Below are positions 50,363 to 60,397 of a stretch of DNA of 64,000 bases, piece after piece. The DNA is from a virus: the UHGV virus genome UHGV-1579991; one strand, 5' to 3'. The position numbers were made by a program, and so were the translations under genes. Under the pieces are notes generated by a model, which saw nothing but the letters and a program-made list of their open reading frames with translations, ran no database searches and was not told the origin of the DNA. Position 1 is the first letter of the stretch; every line of letters begins with the position of its first letter.

Positions 50363-53300
50363 TCAAAAGCCTCGATTCATCAGTTCATCAGCAAGTCGTT
50401 CAAGTTCAGTAGCAGCTTTTTGTCGCTTGGCTTCTCTTTCTGCTTCAACATCTGCTTTGCTTACTGGCGATTCCAAGTCTTTTGCAGGTGCATCTTCAAT
50501 AACAGTCAAATTGTTGTCATCAAACTTGTTGTCAATGTCAACTCGTTTGAATGATATGATGCCTGATGACACCTGAGCTTCTACTTGTTGTTTGTCAAAT
50601 ACAAGACTACTAATCGTTGATTGCAGTTTTGTAGATGCCAGCAATCGTTCTGTGTTATCTGCAAAAATGTCATCAGTAAACAATACATGCAGCATTTGAG
50701 CAATCGAATCACGACTTCTGCTGTAGCCACTGTCAAATGCAGGCAACTGCTTAATTGCATAGATGTCGCCATCATGTACAGTAATTGCATTGAACATGCG
50801 TCTTGCAATTGATGCCACCGAATCAAGTACATCTGGTGATTGCGGCGTGTAGCCTCGTGAATCAAAGTATATGAGTGCAGAGTTCTTAACAATTTGATCG
50901 ACTACTTCTGATGCAATTGAGACTGCATCTTTGCTGTTATTGAAGACATCATTTAGCATATATGACACAATCTTGATGTTCGACTCATGCATTGTGCCAC
51001 TTGAGCCAGCATCAAATATTGACACTGCGTCTTTGATTGATTTGAGTCTTGCAAGTCGATACATGTCTTTGTTATCAATGACATACATATCGATAGTCTT
51101 CATAATTGTGTCGAACAAGTAATGATGCGATAGTGTTCGCAATGCATGTCGCCAATCATCAAATACTCGTCTGTCTTCTACAAGATATGCAAGCTTGCCA
51201 TTTTTCTTGACAAGTTCAAATCTGTCTGATTCTTGAATTTGCTCTGCCGGCAAATTCATGATGACTTCGAATGTAGCCTGATTGACAAATGATGCAAACA
51301 TTTTGCCAATCTTGCTGTTCTTTTCTTGACGGTACTCTGCTCGAGCTTCTTTTGCAGCATTGAGAACTTGAGCAATCATCATGTCATCTGCAACAACATC
51401 TTGCACGACTTTGCATTCATAGCCATACGATGACAATGTGTTCTGAATGATGACAAGCTGAGTAGCCCATTGTCGCCATTTCTGCTCAAACATATTGAGC
51501 TTATACGCAGTCAAGTGAATCTTGATTTCACCTGTGTACGGGTCACGATAAAAGTACGGTGCATTGAATGCCCATTCAAAGAAATCAAAGAGACTTCTTG
51601 AGTCATTGCGCTTTGTCTGCATTTGCAAAATGTCCCAGAATGTCAACTTTTCAACATTTGTTAATGTCAAGTCAAGCTCATCATATGCAGTGATGTTTCG
51701 TGGGTCACCATTCGCTTTTGTCATACTGAAATACACATATGACTGAATGGATATTTTGCGAAGTCGTGAGTTGAACTGCTCAATTTCTTGACCAGTGAAT
51801 GCCTCGTCATAAATGACATCGAATTCGTAGCTGTCATTGATATCAATGCCAACTGACAAGTAATTTGTGCAGAATAGCAGTTCAATATCACCGATTGTGC
51901 CAGATTCATTGATTGATTGAACAAAGTCATGCATTGCATTGTCACGCTTGTAGTACTTGACTTTTGGATTTCTGCCAAGCATCATTCGAACTGCACCAAC
52001 AATTGCATGAGTAAATGCATCGCCTTTGTTTGTTGGGAACAGAATTCGTTTGCCTGCTTTAATTGCTGTTGAGATATGTGATGCAAGTTTTGTAATCTTG
52101 TCGCCGTCATGTTTGCAGCAGACAAATCTGACACCTTTGTTGTAATTAAGTGGCTTATCGCAGAATACGACAGTATCAAAATGACAGAACATGTGTTCAG
52201 CTACAGGTGTGCCTGTCATCAAAATGACTTTTGTCTGTAACTTTGTTAAGTTGTCAATCACATTTGCAGGTACAACATCACGATATGCAGACATTGTCAA
52301 CAAGTGCGACTCGTCGACGACGACGTAGTCATATAAAATTGACACTTCCTCTGGGTCAGCTAATGTAAATTTATCGAATGTCAAAGCTACATTGACATGC
52401 TTAGACAATTCAAGACCACGCTGACCAAATGAGCAATACATGCCAAGGTCTGACATCTCAATCTTTGATTGCAAGATTGATGTGTATGGTTCAATCAGCA
52501 TGACTCGTTTTCCATCACGAGTAAGCTGTTTGATGAATTCTGTCTTGCCTGAACCTGGTCGTGCAATCAAATAGTTGATGCCAGTTACAAATGCTTCTTC
52601 AAGTTCATGCTTGTATGTCGACAAATACTCATTTTCTGCAAGTTTGAAGACATGCGTATGTCGAAGTTCAAAGTCTTTTTGCTGTGCAACTTTCGACATA
52701 ATGTATTGACTGATTGCGTCTTCTGTATTGTGTTCAGCAATCAGTTCATTGACAGTTACAGACGACTTGTTAGCAAACTTGAATTTGAAGCCATGTTTTT
52801 CACGAAGTTCTTTGACAGATGACCATACACATGGACAAGTGCCTGCTGCATTACGTTCAACTGCAGACCTGAATGAGTTTGCCCAGCTGTTATGCTCTGC
52901 ATTGAACTTTGGATTGCCCGAACACATTTGCAAGAACATTTGCAACACATGTTGATATTGTGCAGAAGTCGTTGATTGCAAATCATATAAAAATGCTAAA
53001 GTATATGCAAGTCTGTATCTACCAGTGTTATCGTAGTTTTGTGGAGTGATTGTGAGCATTGTGCCCTCTTCAATCATTGTGATGTCGTCACGTTGAGTAA
53101 AGACTTGCTCGCCGTCAGTCATTGCAGTCATATGAGACTTCGGTGCATAATCAAAACGACCACGAAGTCTATCAAACATTGTCTTCAGTTTGTCGATGCA
53201 GAATTTTGCATCAACTGAAGCATAAATGCTAACATCAAACTCTGGTTGCTCAATGAATTGCGCGTTTTGATTGATGATGACATCTTTATCTCGTGCAACA

Positions 53301-53962
53301 AATAGTGGCTGACTAATTTTGCAAACAGACGCATCAACTACTCGAGATTCAGACATTTGACCTGACTTTTCAAGTCGTCTTGACAATGTATTGTTGACAG
53401 GATGCACTTCTCGAGCCATGTCATGATTGCCCTCTGATTCAAGCTGGTCACTCAGCAACACAAGGCATTTCCAAATGACATACAGTTTTGCCTCATATGC
53501 ATCAAGATATACTTTCTTTGCTGCAGAAGCATTTTCAGATGACACAAATACAGCATCTTCAGTTTGAATTGACAGAGGCTTTGAGATTGTATAGACGTGC
53601 AAGCCTGAACCAGAAGTCGACTTAAGCACAGCAACACACCACGGATATTTGCAAAGCATTGCAGCCAAACGTGGTTTAATGACTTCTACAAGTTCTTTTG
53701 AGTGAAAGTCCAAATCGACTGGCTGTAAGCCTGACCAAGTCAAGTAGTCATGAACTTGTTGTTTTGGTCGAGCAAACATTGTCGATTGCGACACAAAGGG
53801 ACGATGCGCTTTATCTACTGTGTCAAGTGACTCATCATTTGCAACTTTCATGATGAGGTCATACAATGAAATTTGTTGCTTATTGACAGTGTCTTCTGTT
53901 TTACGAACACTGTCGCCCATCATGAACTTTATGCCACTGAGCAAATCTTTGACGTTTGACAT
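50363..53962 (-). CDS. P-loop NTPase helicase (DExH-type), possibly primase-helicase, about 1199 aa; start trimmed
   Basis: Walker A ARPGSGKTEF and Walker B VVVDESHLL; start moved to ATG 53962 because the track N-terminus overlaps the upstream gene. Confidence 0.6.
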   Translation of the reverse strand: MSNVKDLLSGIKFMMGDSVRKTEDTVNKQQISLYDLIMKVANDESLDTVDKAHRPFVSQSTMFARPKQQVHDYLTWSGLQPVDLDFHSKELVEVIKPRLAAMLCKYPWCVAVLKSTSGSGLHVYTISKPLSIQTEDAVFVSSENASAAKKVYLDAYEAKLYVIWKCLVLLSDQLESEGNHDMAREVHPVNNTLSRRLEKSGQMSESRVVDASVCKISQPLFVARDKDVIINQNAQFIEQPEFDVSIYASVDAKFCIDKLKTMFDRLRGRFDYAPKSHMTAMTDGEQVFTQRDDITMIEEGTMLTITPQNYDNTGRYRLAYTLAFLYDLQSTTSAQYQHVLQMFLQMCSGNPKFNAEHNSWANSFRSAVERNAAGTCPCVWSSVKELREKHGFKFKFANKSSVTVNELIAEHNTEDAISQYIMSKVAQQKDFELRHTHVFKLAENEYLSTYKHELEEAFVTGINYLIARPGSGKTEFIKQLTRDGKRVMLIEPYTSILQSKIEMSDLGMYCSFGQRGLELSKHVNVALTFDKFTLADPEEVSILYDYVVVDESHLLTMSAYRDVVPANVIDNLTKLQTKVILMTGTPVAEHMFCHFDTVVFCDKPLNYNKGVRFVCCKHDGDKITKLASHISTAIKAGKRILFPTNKGDAFTHAIVGAVRMMLGRNPKVKYYKRDNAMHDFVQSINESGTIGDIELLFCTNYLSVGIDINDSYEFDVIYDEAFTGQEIEQFNSRLRKISIQSYVYFSMTKANGDPRNITAYDELDLTLTNVEKLTFWDILQMQTKRNDSRSLFDFFEWAFNAPYFYRDPYTGEIKIHLTAYKLNMFEQKWRQWATQLVIIQNTLSSYGYECKVVQDVVADDMMIAQVLNAAKEARAEYRQEKNSKIGKMFASFVNQATFEVIMNLPAEQIQESDRFELVKKNGKLAYLVEDRRVFDDWRHALRTLSHHYLFDTIMKTIDMYVIDNKDMYRLARLKSIKDAVSIFDAGSSGTMHESNIKIVSYMLNDVFNNSKDAVSIASEVVDQIVKNSALIYFDSRGYTPQSPDVLDSVASIARRMFNAITVHDGDIYAIKQLPAFDSGYSRSRDSIAQMLHVLFTDDIFADNTERLLASTKLQSTISSLVFDKQQVEAQVSSGIISFKRVDIDNKFDDNNLTVIEDAPAKDLESPVSKADVEAEREAKRQKAATELERLADELMNRGF

Positions 53963-54029
53963 ATTTTGTTGATGCTTTTGTTTGGTCAAAATTATATTGA
54001 ATATGATACAACACTTGTGACATTTTTGC

Positions 54030-54671
54030 TTAGAATGCGACACCGACATGTGCGCCAATCATAGCAGCTTTTGAGTCAACTTGCTTCATGCAGCCAGCAT
54101 CAATACCGACACGCCATTGTAAACTACCTTTGCCAAATTGACGAGTGTATGACAGCCAATACATGTCAATTGATTGCTTGTCAAATGTGCCAAATGCATA
54201 ATGAAAGTCTACATTATTTCGTGGCGCATCATGGTCAATGACTTTAATTGTCGTAGTTTGCACTTCACGAATGACTGTGTCTGCTTTGAACATCAAAACG
54301 TCCCAATCACGTTGCTTAATTGCGTTTTGTGTGACATAGTCTTTTATTGCTATTTGCAGTTTGTCTGACTTCAATGTGTCTGCGTACTCATATTGTGCAA
54401 AGTAGTCATTAACATAATGCATAAGCTTTGTTGTGTCAATGTCAACTACAAGAGTCGTGTCACAATACACTGGCACTGGTATTGTCTTGCCAGGTATATG
54501 AACTGTGTCGTGTTTAATGAATGTGTCAACTTTGACAATTGGCTCTGCATTTATAGCATCTTGATATGTTTGCCAGTCTTTTGGGCTGACAAAATGCCAA
54601 TCTTTGAAAATCATGACAGCAGTCAATACAATGACTGCTGTCATGACTATGATTTTGAGTGTCTTCAACAT
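54030..54671 (-). CDS. membrane-anchored protein, 213 aa
   Basis: N-terminal transmembrane segment IIVMTAVIVLTAVMIF. Confidence 0.55.
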   Translation of the reverse strand: MLKTLKIIVMTAVIVLTAVMIFKDWHFVSPKDWQTYQDAINAEPIVKVDTFIKHDTVHIPGKTIPVPVYCDTTLVVDIDTTKLMHYVNDYFAQYEYADTLKSDKLQIAIKDYVTQNAIKQRDWDVLMFKADTVIREVQTTTIKVIDHDAPRNNVDFHYAFGTFDKQSIDMYWLSYTRQFGKGSLQWRVGIDAGCMKQVDSKAAMIGAHVGVAF

Positions 54672-54677
54672 GGTTGC

Positions 54678-56273
54678 TTATGCTTTTGCAGTTACAGATG
54701 ATAAGACAATTCGCTGTAGGAAATTGCCCGTAGTGTCCATGATGTCCCAAGTAGTACTTGAGCCCTCATTGTTTGACAATGTAAATCTGATGTAATTCGA
54801 TGTTCTTGTCAATTCATCGCGAATGATATTGTTGCCTGAACGTGCAATGTAACTACCAAATTTCTGCAATGCAATTTGAGCATTGTCTGTGTCAAGCAAT
54901 GCAATTGATATGTCTACAGAAGAGCCTTTTGGACAGTTAATTGTCTTGACAACGAACAATGATTGAGCATCATCATTTATCACAAGCTTGCTGATAAGCG
55001 TAGGCACTGGTCTGTCAATCTGCAAGACTCTATCTACGCCTGCTTTAGCATTGCCAATGACAGTCTTTTGATTGATAACTTTATGCACAATGTCATATGA
55101 TTCAAATTTGACTTGAGGCTTACGATGCCAGCAAAGCATTGCAATGTCGTCTTCAGACAGAATCAATTGCATTGAACGACTTATACGCACTTGTCCAAGA
55201 GTCGACACGTAATCAAGTACAGCAGTAACATACACAAGAGCCATTTTTGGCTTGTTATCTGGATTGTCATTATCTACAATGATGGGTGACCATTCAACTG
55301 CTTGTGTCGCATTGTCAACATTTGCAAATTGCATATGTCGTATGCTTGAGTCTATGAGAGAGCCTTCTGCATTGTATGCTTGCAAGATGACGTCATATGT
55401 TACATTCGCATCATCAATCAACTCAAGTCTTGAAATCCAATCTGACAATTGCATTGTGCGATGCTTCATCTGCATTTCAATACATGCAGGCGCGTATTCG
55501 GATTCTTGTCTAAGTACTACATCTGCATACAAAGTCTCATCTTCATTGCCGGTCAACAGCAATGCTTGTTTGATTTCTCGAAGAGCAAACTGAGTAAACG
55601 TTCTGACTGCACCAGATACAAGTGACTGCTCAAATGAATAGACTTTGTCATCATATACAAGGCCAATTTCTACATTGATATTTGATTGCAGTGCTCGTCT
55701 TGTAGATGTACCAAACACGAACTCACGAACTTTAGACATTTCGTCACTGTTCATTGAACACAAAAAGTCAATATCAACAATTTTGAATTCAATTTCAGTA
55801 GTGAATTGCTCATTGTCAATGACAACAATTTTGTTCTTGACAGGTGCAAACAATGAACGTGCTTTGATGTCAAGCAATGACATCAAACTGTATTTGACAT
55901 CATCAATGTCAATTGACAGTCTAAGCCAAACGCCAATGACATTTGATGCATAACGAAATCCGCTGACTGCGTATAATCTGCATGTTAGATATTGCAGTTT
56001 GTCAAGCGATGTCGTTTTATATGCTGAATCTGCAAAATTTGCAACAATTGTGTCTGTGTATGAGTCTGGTGTCAGATATGTCGGCACCTGATATGTAGTG
56101 TTTTGTGCAACTGAACTATATTCACGAACATTGTGTGTTTCTGCACCATCGGCATTCAATAAATGCACAACACCACCACTTGCAATCTTATGCAAGGGCA
56201 CATCTGTCATATCATAGACACTTGAATCACCAATCTCAAGGGCAAAATCTTCAGTCAGTCTCAGTCGTTGCAT
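54678..56273 (-). CDS. hypothetical protein, 531 aa
   Basis: Long ORF; no motif recognised. Confidence 0.7.
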   Translation of the reverse strand: MQRLRLTEDFALEIGDSSVYDMTDVPLHKIASGGVVHLLNADGAETHNVREYSSVAQNTTYQVPTYLTPDSYTDTIVANFADSAYKTTSLDKLQYLTCRLYAVSGFRYASNVIGVWLRLSIDIDDVKYSLMSLLDIKARSLFAPVKNKIVVIDNEQFTTEIEFKIVDIDFLCSMNSDEMSKVREFVFGTSTRRALQSNINVEIGLVYDDKVYSFEQSLVSGAVRTFTQFALREIKQALLLTGNEDETLYADVVLRQESEYAPACIEMQMKHRTMQLSDWISRLELIDDANVTYDVILQAYNAEGSLIDSSIRHMQFANVDNATQAVEWSPIIVDNDNPDNKPKMALVYVTAVLDYVSTLGQVRISRSMQLILSEDDIAMLCWHRKPQVKFESYDIVHKVINQKTVIGNAKAGVDRVLQIDRPVPTLISKLVINDDAQSLFVVKTINCPKGSSVDISIALLDTDNAQIALQKFGSYIARSGNNIIRDELTRTSNYIRFTLSNNEGSSTTWDIMDTTGNFLQRIVLSSVTAKA

Positions 56274-56310
56274 ATTGTCGAAATCTTGTTTGTGTTATAT
56301 GTACACAAAA

Positions 56311-56336
56311 CTGCACCAGCAAAATTGCTGGTGCAG
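56311..56336 (-). terminator. rho-independent terminator-like hairpin (ctgcaccagc/aaaatt/gctggtgcag)
   Basis: 10-bp stem; T-run follows on the minus strand; sits between stop 56340 and next start 56273. Confidence 0.55.
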
Positions 56337-56339
56337 TCG

Positions 56340-56597
56340 TTAATTGTTGAGATACTGCTGAAGCTCGGCTTCTGTTGCAAGTCTACATTGCTTAATATTG
56401 AACACTGTCATAATATGACAACTCTTGCATTTATGCCAAATTTCAGCAACAGCAGTTTGTGTGTTCTTTGGCAATGAGTGTCTGTACTTGACAATGTCTG
56501 TAGTACCGCAGCATTTACATGTGCCAAGCACTACATACAATTTTGAGTTAGTCGCGCTCAATTGTGACATGTCTAACTTCTGCTTCTTCATAGCCAT
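56340..56597 (-). CDS. small zinc-ribbon-like protein, 85 aa
   Basis: CKCCG ... CKSCH motifs. Confidence 0.5.
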   Translation of the reverse strand: MAMKKQKLDMSQLSATNSKLYVVLGTCKCCGTTDIVKYRHSLPKNTQTAVAEIWHKCKSCHIMTVFNIKQCRLATEAELQQYLNN

Positions 56598-57969
56598 GCT
56601 CTCTTAGCTTTTCAATGAGCGCTTCAACATCTGCTCGATAAGTATCGCGATTGTCGGAACGTTCAACTATTTTGTACTCTTTCTTAAGTTCTACAATCTT
56701 TGCTTTAAGCTTTTTCTGTTCATCTTGAGTCAATCTGCTGACTGCAATTTCAAGAACTTTGTGATTGATTGAATGCTCATCAAGAATAGACTTGACTTGC
56801 TTAGTCGTCATTTTGTGCAGCACAATGACTTCGTCAAGCACAAGTTGAATGAACTTCATGATGTCTTCATACCACTGAATTGTAGTACGAATGTCTTCAA
56901 GTCGTTTTTGCTTGCGAATTTCATAGAATTGCAAACGCCACTCGACAAATCGCATAATGAGTGAACCGACTGTTTTGTATCGACGAATCTTGTCATCGAA
57001 GTCAATGACAGTCAAGTTGTCACGTTCAATTCTGCAGAACATTGCAAGAGTCCAGTATAATGAATCTTTTGCAAGCAACTCAGCAAGTTTTGCTTTCGTA
57101 AACTTTATCTCATACAGAATCTTGTCTTTGTGAGAGTAATTTGTCCATGCTTCAATAATGTCACGGTCAAGCAGCATATTGAGATGGTTTTCATAGCCAT
57201 CGAATGTGTTGTTGTATGGGATTGCAGTTACATTGACTGTAGTGTCATCAACAACTTCCATTCGACCATGATGCTCATATACACCATTGACAAGTCGCCA
57301 TTCTCCTTGCAAGCCTTTGACATATGGCGTAATTTTACGTTCAGAAATATCTTCGCCATCAAGAGCATCAATAACAGCATTGCAAACTTCAATTGGATTA
57401 CGATTGATAATTGTGCTTGAGTAGCCAACCGCAATGCCCATAATTGAATTTAGCAAAATTGTGGGCACAATTGGCAGATAAAATTGCGGCTCAACTTCAA
57501 TGCCCTCTTGCCAACGATTTGTAAGCAACTCATTGTCTTTCATAAGCAACTCAAATGCATCTGACAATCGAACAAAGATGTATCGAGGCGCACCTGCATA
57601 TGGGCTATAGAACGTACCAAACTGGCCTTCACCAATAAAATATGGAATGTTCTGCTTAAAGTCCTGAGACATGATTGTGATATTGCCCTCAAGACTTGTC
57701 TGGCCGTGTTCGTAACCACCCTCTGCTTTTACATAGCCTGCAAATGCACCTACAGTTTGCTTAACGCCACCTTTAAGACGCTTGAGTGCAACATACATGA
57801 TTTTTCGTGCAGTAGGCTTAAAGCCATCACGAACATCAGGTATCGCACGTTCAAATGCTGTGTGTAATGCGTACTCTTTATATCGAGTATTCAAAAATTC
57901 CGCAATGGAAATTTGAATATCTTGTTCTGTCAATGGTTCTGTGTAAACTTCTTGTTTTCGTCGTGCCAT
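56548..57969 (-). CDS. type IIA topoisomerase A-subunit-like protein (GyrA / ParC / T4 gp52-like), about 473 aa; start trimmed
   Basis: AFERAIPDVRDGFKPTARKIMY and FGTFYSPYAGAPRYIFVRL (active-site Tyr context) match GyrA N-terminal motifs; track start is TTG, first ATG at 57969. Confidence 0.75.
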   Translation of the reverse strand: MARRKQEVYTEPLTEQDIQISIAEFLNTRYKEYALHTAFERAIPDVRDGFKPTARKIMYVALKRLKGGVKQTVGAFAGYVKAEGGYEHGQTSLEGNITIMSQDFKQNIPYFIGEGQFGTFYSPYAGAPRYIFVRLSDAFELLMKDNELLTNRWQEGIEVEPQFYLPIVPTILLNSIMGIAVGYSSTIINRNPIEVCNAVIDALDGEDISERKITPYVKGLQGEWRLVNGVYEHHGRMEVVDDTTVNVTAIPYNNTFDGYENHLNMLLDRDIIEAWTNYSHKDKILYEIKFTKAKLAELLAKDSLYWTLAMFCRIERDNLTVIDFDDKIRRYKTVGSLIMRFVEWRLQFYEIRKQKRLEDIRTTIQWYEDIMKFIQLVLDEVIVLHKMTTKQVKSILDEHSINHKVLEIAVSRLTQDEQKKLKAKIVELKKEYKIVERSDNRDTYRADVEALIEKLREHGYEEAEVRHVTIERD

Positions 57970-58016
57970 TGTAGCTAATTTGATTTTATTTCCTATATTA
58001 TTGTACAACGATGTTG

Positions 58017-58190
58017 TTAGATTTGCATCATTTGAATATCTTCAAATCTGCAAAGCTGCGCAGTAGACTGAATACGGAATACTAAGAATACACCGCAATC
58101 AGTGACACGTTTAACAAGTGCATCTTCATTTGTAGGCGTATACAGTACAACATCCCAAGGTTCGAGTTGTTTTGCTTCTTCTGCTGTCAT
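58017..58190 (-). CDS. possible small ORF, 57 aa, below the track cut-off
   Basis: ATG at 58190 to TAA at 58017-58019 fills the gap between neighbouring genes: MTAEEAKQLEPWDVVLYTPTNEDALVKRVTDCGVFLVFRIQSTAQLCRFEDIQMMQI. Confidence 0.3.
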   Translation of the reverse strand: MTAEEAKQLEPWDVVLYTPTNEDALVKRVTDCGVFLVFRIQSTAQLCRFEDIQMMQI

Positions 58191-58205
58191 ATTTGTAGTA
58201 ATGTT

Positions 58206-59174
58206 TTAGTCGAGCCAATGCAGCATATTCTCGTCATCAAAACGAGATTCAAGCTCTGCTGTCGTAATGAATGCAAGTTTGTTCAGCATATACTGCTGCA
58301 ATTCACGTTTGCGAATTGATTCAAATCTGACAAATGTTTCAGGCACTTCAAGCTCACCATCAGCATCATATGTTGCAACAGAAGTGTCAACATTGATGTT
58401 GTGAATCTTTTCGCATGACACTCTGTACTTTGTCAAGTCAAAGCCTGGTTTGCCATCATTACGAGGCAACAAACTCCACATAGCAAAGTTTTCTACAGCT
58501 TCAGCAACAAATGCAAGAGCTTCATGCATGTCAACACTGTAGTCTTCTATAAGATTTGCGTATAGTGTAGCTACAATGTTTTGATGTGTCGCAAGGTCAA
58601 GCTTATTGCTAATTGCATGCTCAAAAATGTCTTTGAAGTTCTCATACATAGTAAAGTTCTTCAAGACAAGTCGCTGTAATGCTGTGCGGTCTTCAAGAGC
58701 TGCATATGCAGTGTCATCATGCATTGCAGAAGCCGCTGCTTGCTGAGCATTCAGTACAACTGATACGTCATGAATGACAAATTTTGAGTCAATCAGCACT
58801 GACACTGCAATAAACGGTGCAACAGACTTTGAGTCTTTTTGAGCAAAGTCAATCTCAATGTGAAATGAATTGCCTTGTCGCGATTGCACCGAATGATAAA
58901 TTTCATAGTCATTGACGTACAGCTTAAAGTGCTGCTTAATTGCGTCATTGACTGCATTGATGCCCGCATCATAAATGTTGCCAATCACTTCAAGTGCACG
59001 AGTGTTAAGTGTATGTGCAAGAAATGCTACATTTTGATAGTTGACGAGTTTGTGAGACAAATCAGTCGTGTTGTTAAGTTGTCTCATCAAATCATGCAGT
59101 GCATCATATGACAGTTTGATGTCATCTAACGTGTTGCACTCATGTATTGCGTTAATTTGCTGTGTCAGAGTCAT
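58206..59174 (-). CDS. hypothetical protein, 322 aa
   Basis: ORF in the array. Confidence 0.65.
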   Translation of the reverse strand: MTLTQQINAIHECNTLDDIKLSYDALHDLMRQLNNTTDLSHKLVNYQNVAFLAHTLNTRALEVIGNIYDAGINAVNDAIKQHFKLYVNDYEIYHSVQSRQGNSFHIEIDFAQKDSKSVAPFIAVSVLIDSKFVIHDVSVVLNAQQAAASAMHDDTAYAALEDRTALQRLVLKNFTMYENFKDIFEHAISNKLDLATHQNIVATLYANLIEDYSVDMHEALAFVAEAVENFAMWSLLPRNDGKPGFDLTKYRVSCEKIHNINVDTSVATYDADGELEVPETFVRFESIRKRELQQYMLNKLAFITTAELESRFDDENMLHWLD

Positions 59175-59418
59175 TTTGTGTATGTTCTTGATTTGCTTGT
59201 TCTGCTAAGTTGTTTATGAATGCTTTGAGCAATTCAATGATTGTTGTTAGTAACTGAATTTGAAACAATACAATGCTAAACATGACAATTGCTACAATGC
59301 AAATTGAAATGAAGAGCATATTGATGTCAAATTTGTTTGCTATCAATGTTTGCAGCCAAGTTATGACTGCAAACATTGAAATCAGTATGAATACTTTGTG
59401 CTGTGATAACGATTTCAT
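59152..59418 (-). CDS. small membrane protein with two predicted TM helices, 88 aa (holin-like topology, speculative)
   Basis: Hydrophobic segments VFILISMFAVITWL and FISICIVAIVMFSIVLF. Confidence 0.45.
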   Translation of the reverse strand: MKSLSQHKVFILISMFAVITWLQTLIANKFDINMLFISICIVAIVMFSIVLFQIQLLTTIIELLKAFINNLAEQANQEHTQNDSDTAN

Positions 59419-60134
59419 TTGAAATGTGCGGATGTCGGATTAGTGTCGGTCATTCTAATGTGCCAGTCATAAATGAACCATCTTGCGAGGTCATCATTTT
59501 TGATGTTATGAGTTTTGACATACTGTTCAGGGCCTAATGCCTCGCCGGTTTCAGGATTGACTGCGAAGTGGGATTCATCTACATTAGTAGACTTGTTTTT
59601 GATGTTTGAGATTCGGAGCTTTGTATGCAGTTCAGTGCCATCAGATTGCAGTGTTTTGACATAGAATGCAGTTTTTGTCGTTGCTTCATTGTCAAGCCAT
59701 ACACCGAACTTAACTCCGTGCGATTTCCAGTATGCATTGTCAGCATCCCTGATTGCTTTGAAGTTCGGGTCATCAAGCCAAGGCTTGAAGACATATACAG
59801 CATGTTGTTCCTTTCGAGTGATTTCGCCTTTGCCTTCACAAACTGTATGATACAGCCGCATTGCAGTTTCTTCATCGAAATAATAAGTCAGATTGCCTGG
59901 CTTATCGAATGTGCCAAACTGCTGACCATCGATTACGAGAATGAATGTGTAACGTGAATCCTTGAAGAACTCTACTCGTACAGGCTGTTTGTGCTGTCTG
60001 CTGTTAAGCAGTCTGTCAATTGTAATGACTGCCCAGTTGGTGCCTGTCTTTGTTTTGTTGCCGTGAAACAGTTCAGGATATGAAACTGTGTAAGGCAATG
60101 CTTTGTACTTCCAATGTTCATTAAAACTTTTCAT
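59415..60134 (-). CDS. hypothetical protein, 239 aa
   Basis: ORF in the array. Confidence 0.6.
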   Translation of the reverse strand: MKSFNEHWKYKALPYTVSYPELFHGNKTKTGTNWAVITIDRLLNSRQHKQPVRVEFFKDSRYTFILVIDGQQFGTFDKPGNLTYYFDEETAMRLYHTVCEGKGEITRKEQHAVYVFKPWLDDPNFKAIRDADNAYWKSHGVKFGVWLDNEATTKTAFYVKTLQSDGTELHTKLRISNIKNKSTNVDESHFAVNPETGEALGPEQYVKTHNIKNDDLARWFIYDWHIRMTDTNPTSAHFK

Positions 60135-60235
60135 ATGTAGAGATTTTTGTAGTTTGTATCAATTGCATTCTATATCAATTGCATCTTGTATCAAATACAT
60201 TATATTGATATATGATAATTGTACTACAAAAATCC

Positions 60236-60339
60236 CAAATTTGCACACTTTGATAATCAAAAGTGCAAACAAAATTCAAAGTTATATTGTACATCATAAA
60301 GTGCAAATTTGCACTTTATGATGCTGCAAAATGTTTGCA
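60236..60339. promoter_or_regulatory. cluster of TTTGCAC/GTGCAAA half-sites including a 20-bp perfect palindrome aaagtgcaaatttgcacttt (about 60298-60317)
   Basis: Read directly from the sequence; AT-rich intergenic region that also carries two atcaattgcat direct repeats (about 60158-60184). Confidence 0.4.
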
Positions 60340-60349
60340 TAAAAAAATA

Positions 60350-60373
60350 AGCAGCTTAGATTGCTAAGCTGCT
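60350..60373 (-). terminator. terminator-like hairpin (agcagcttag/attg/ctaagctgct) downstream of the membrane protein gene
   Basis: 10-bp stem; followed on the minus strand by a T7 run. Confidence 0.5.
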
Positions 60374-60397
60374 GTCATTGTATGTATGCAGTCACTG

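Noticed and set aside
50199-50576. Plus-strand ORF 50199-50576 (125 aa)
   Set aside because: It overlaps the 3' end of the helicase gene in antisense and runs through the terminator hairpin; nothing supports it.
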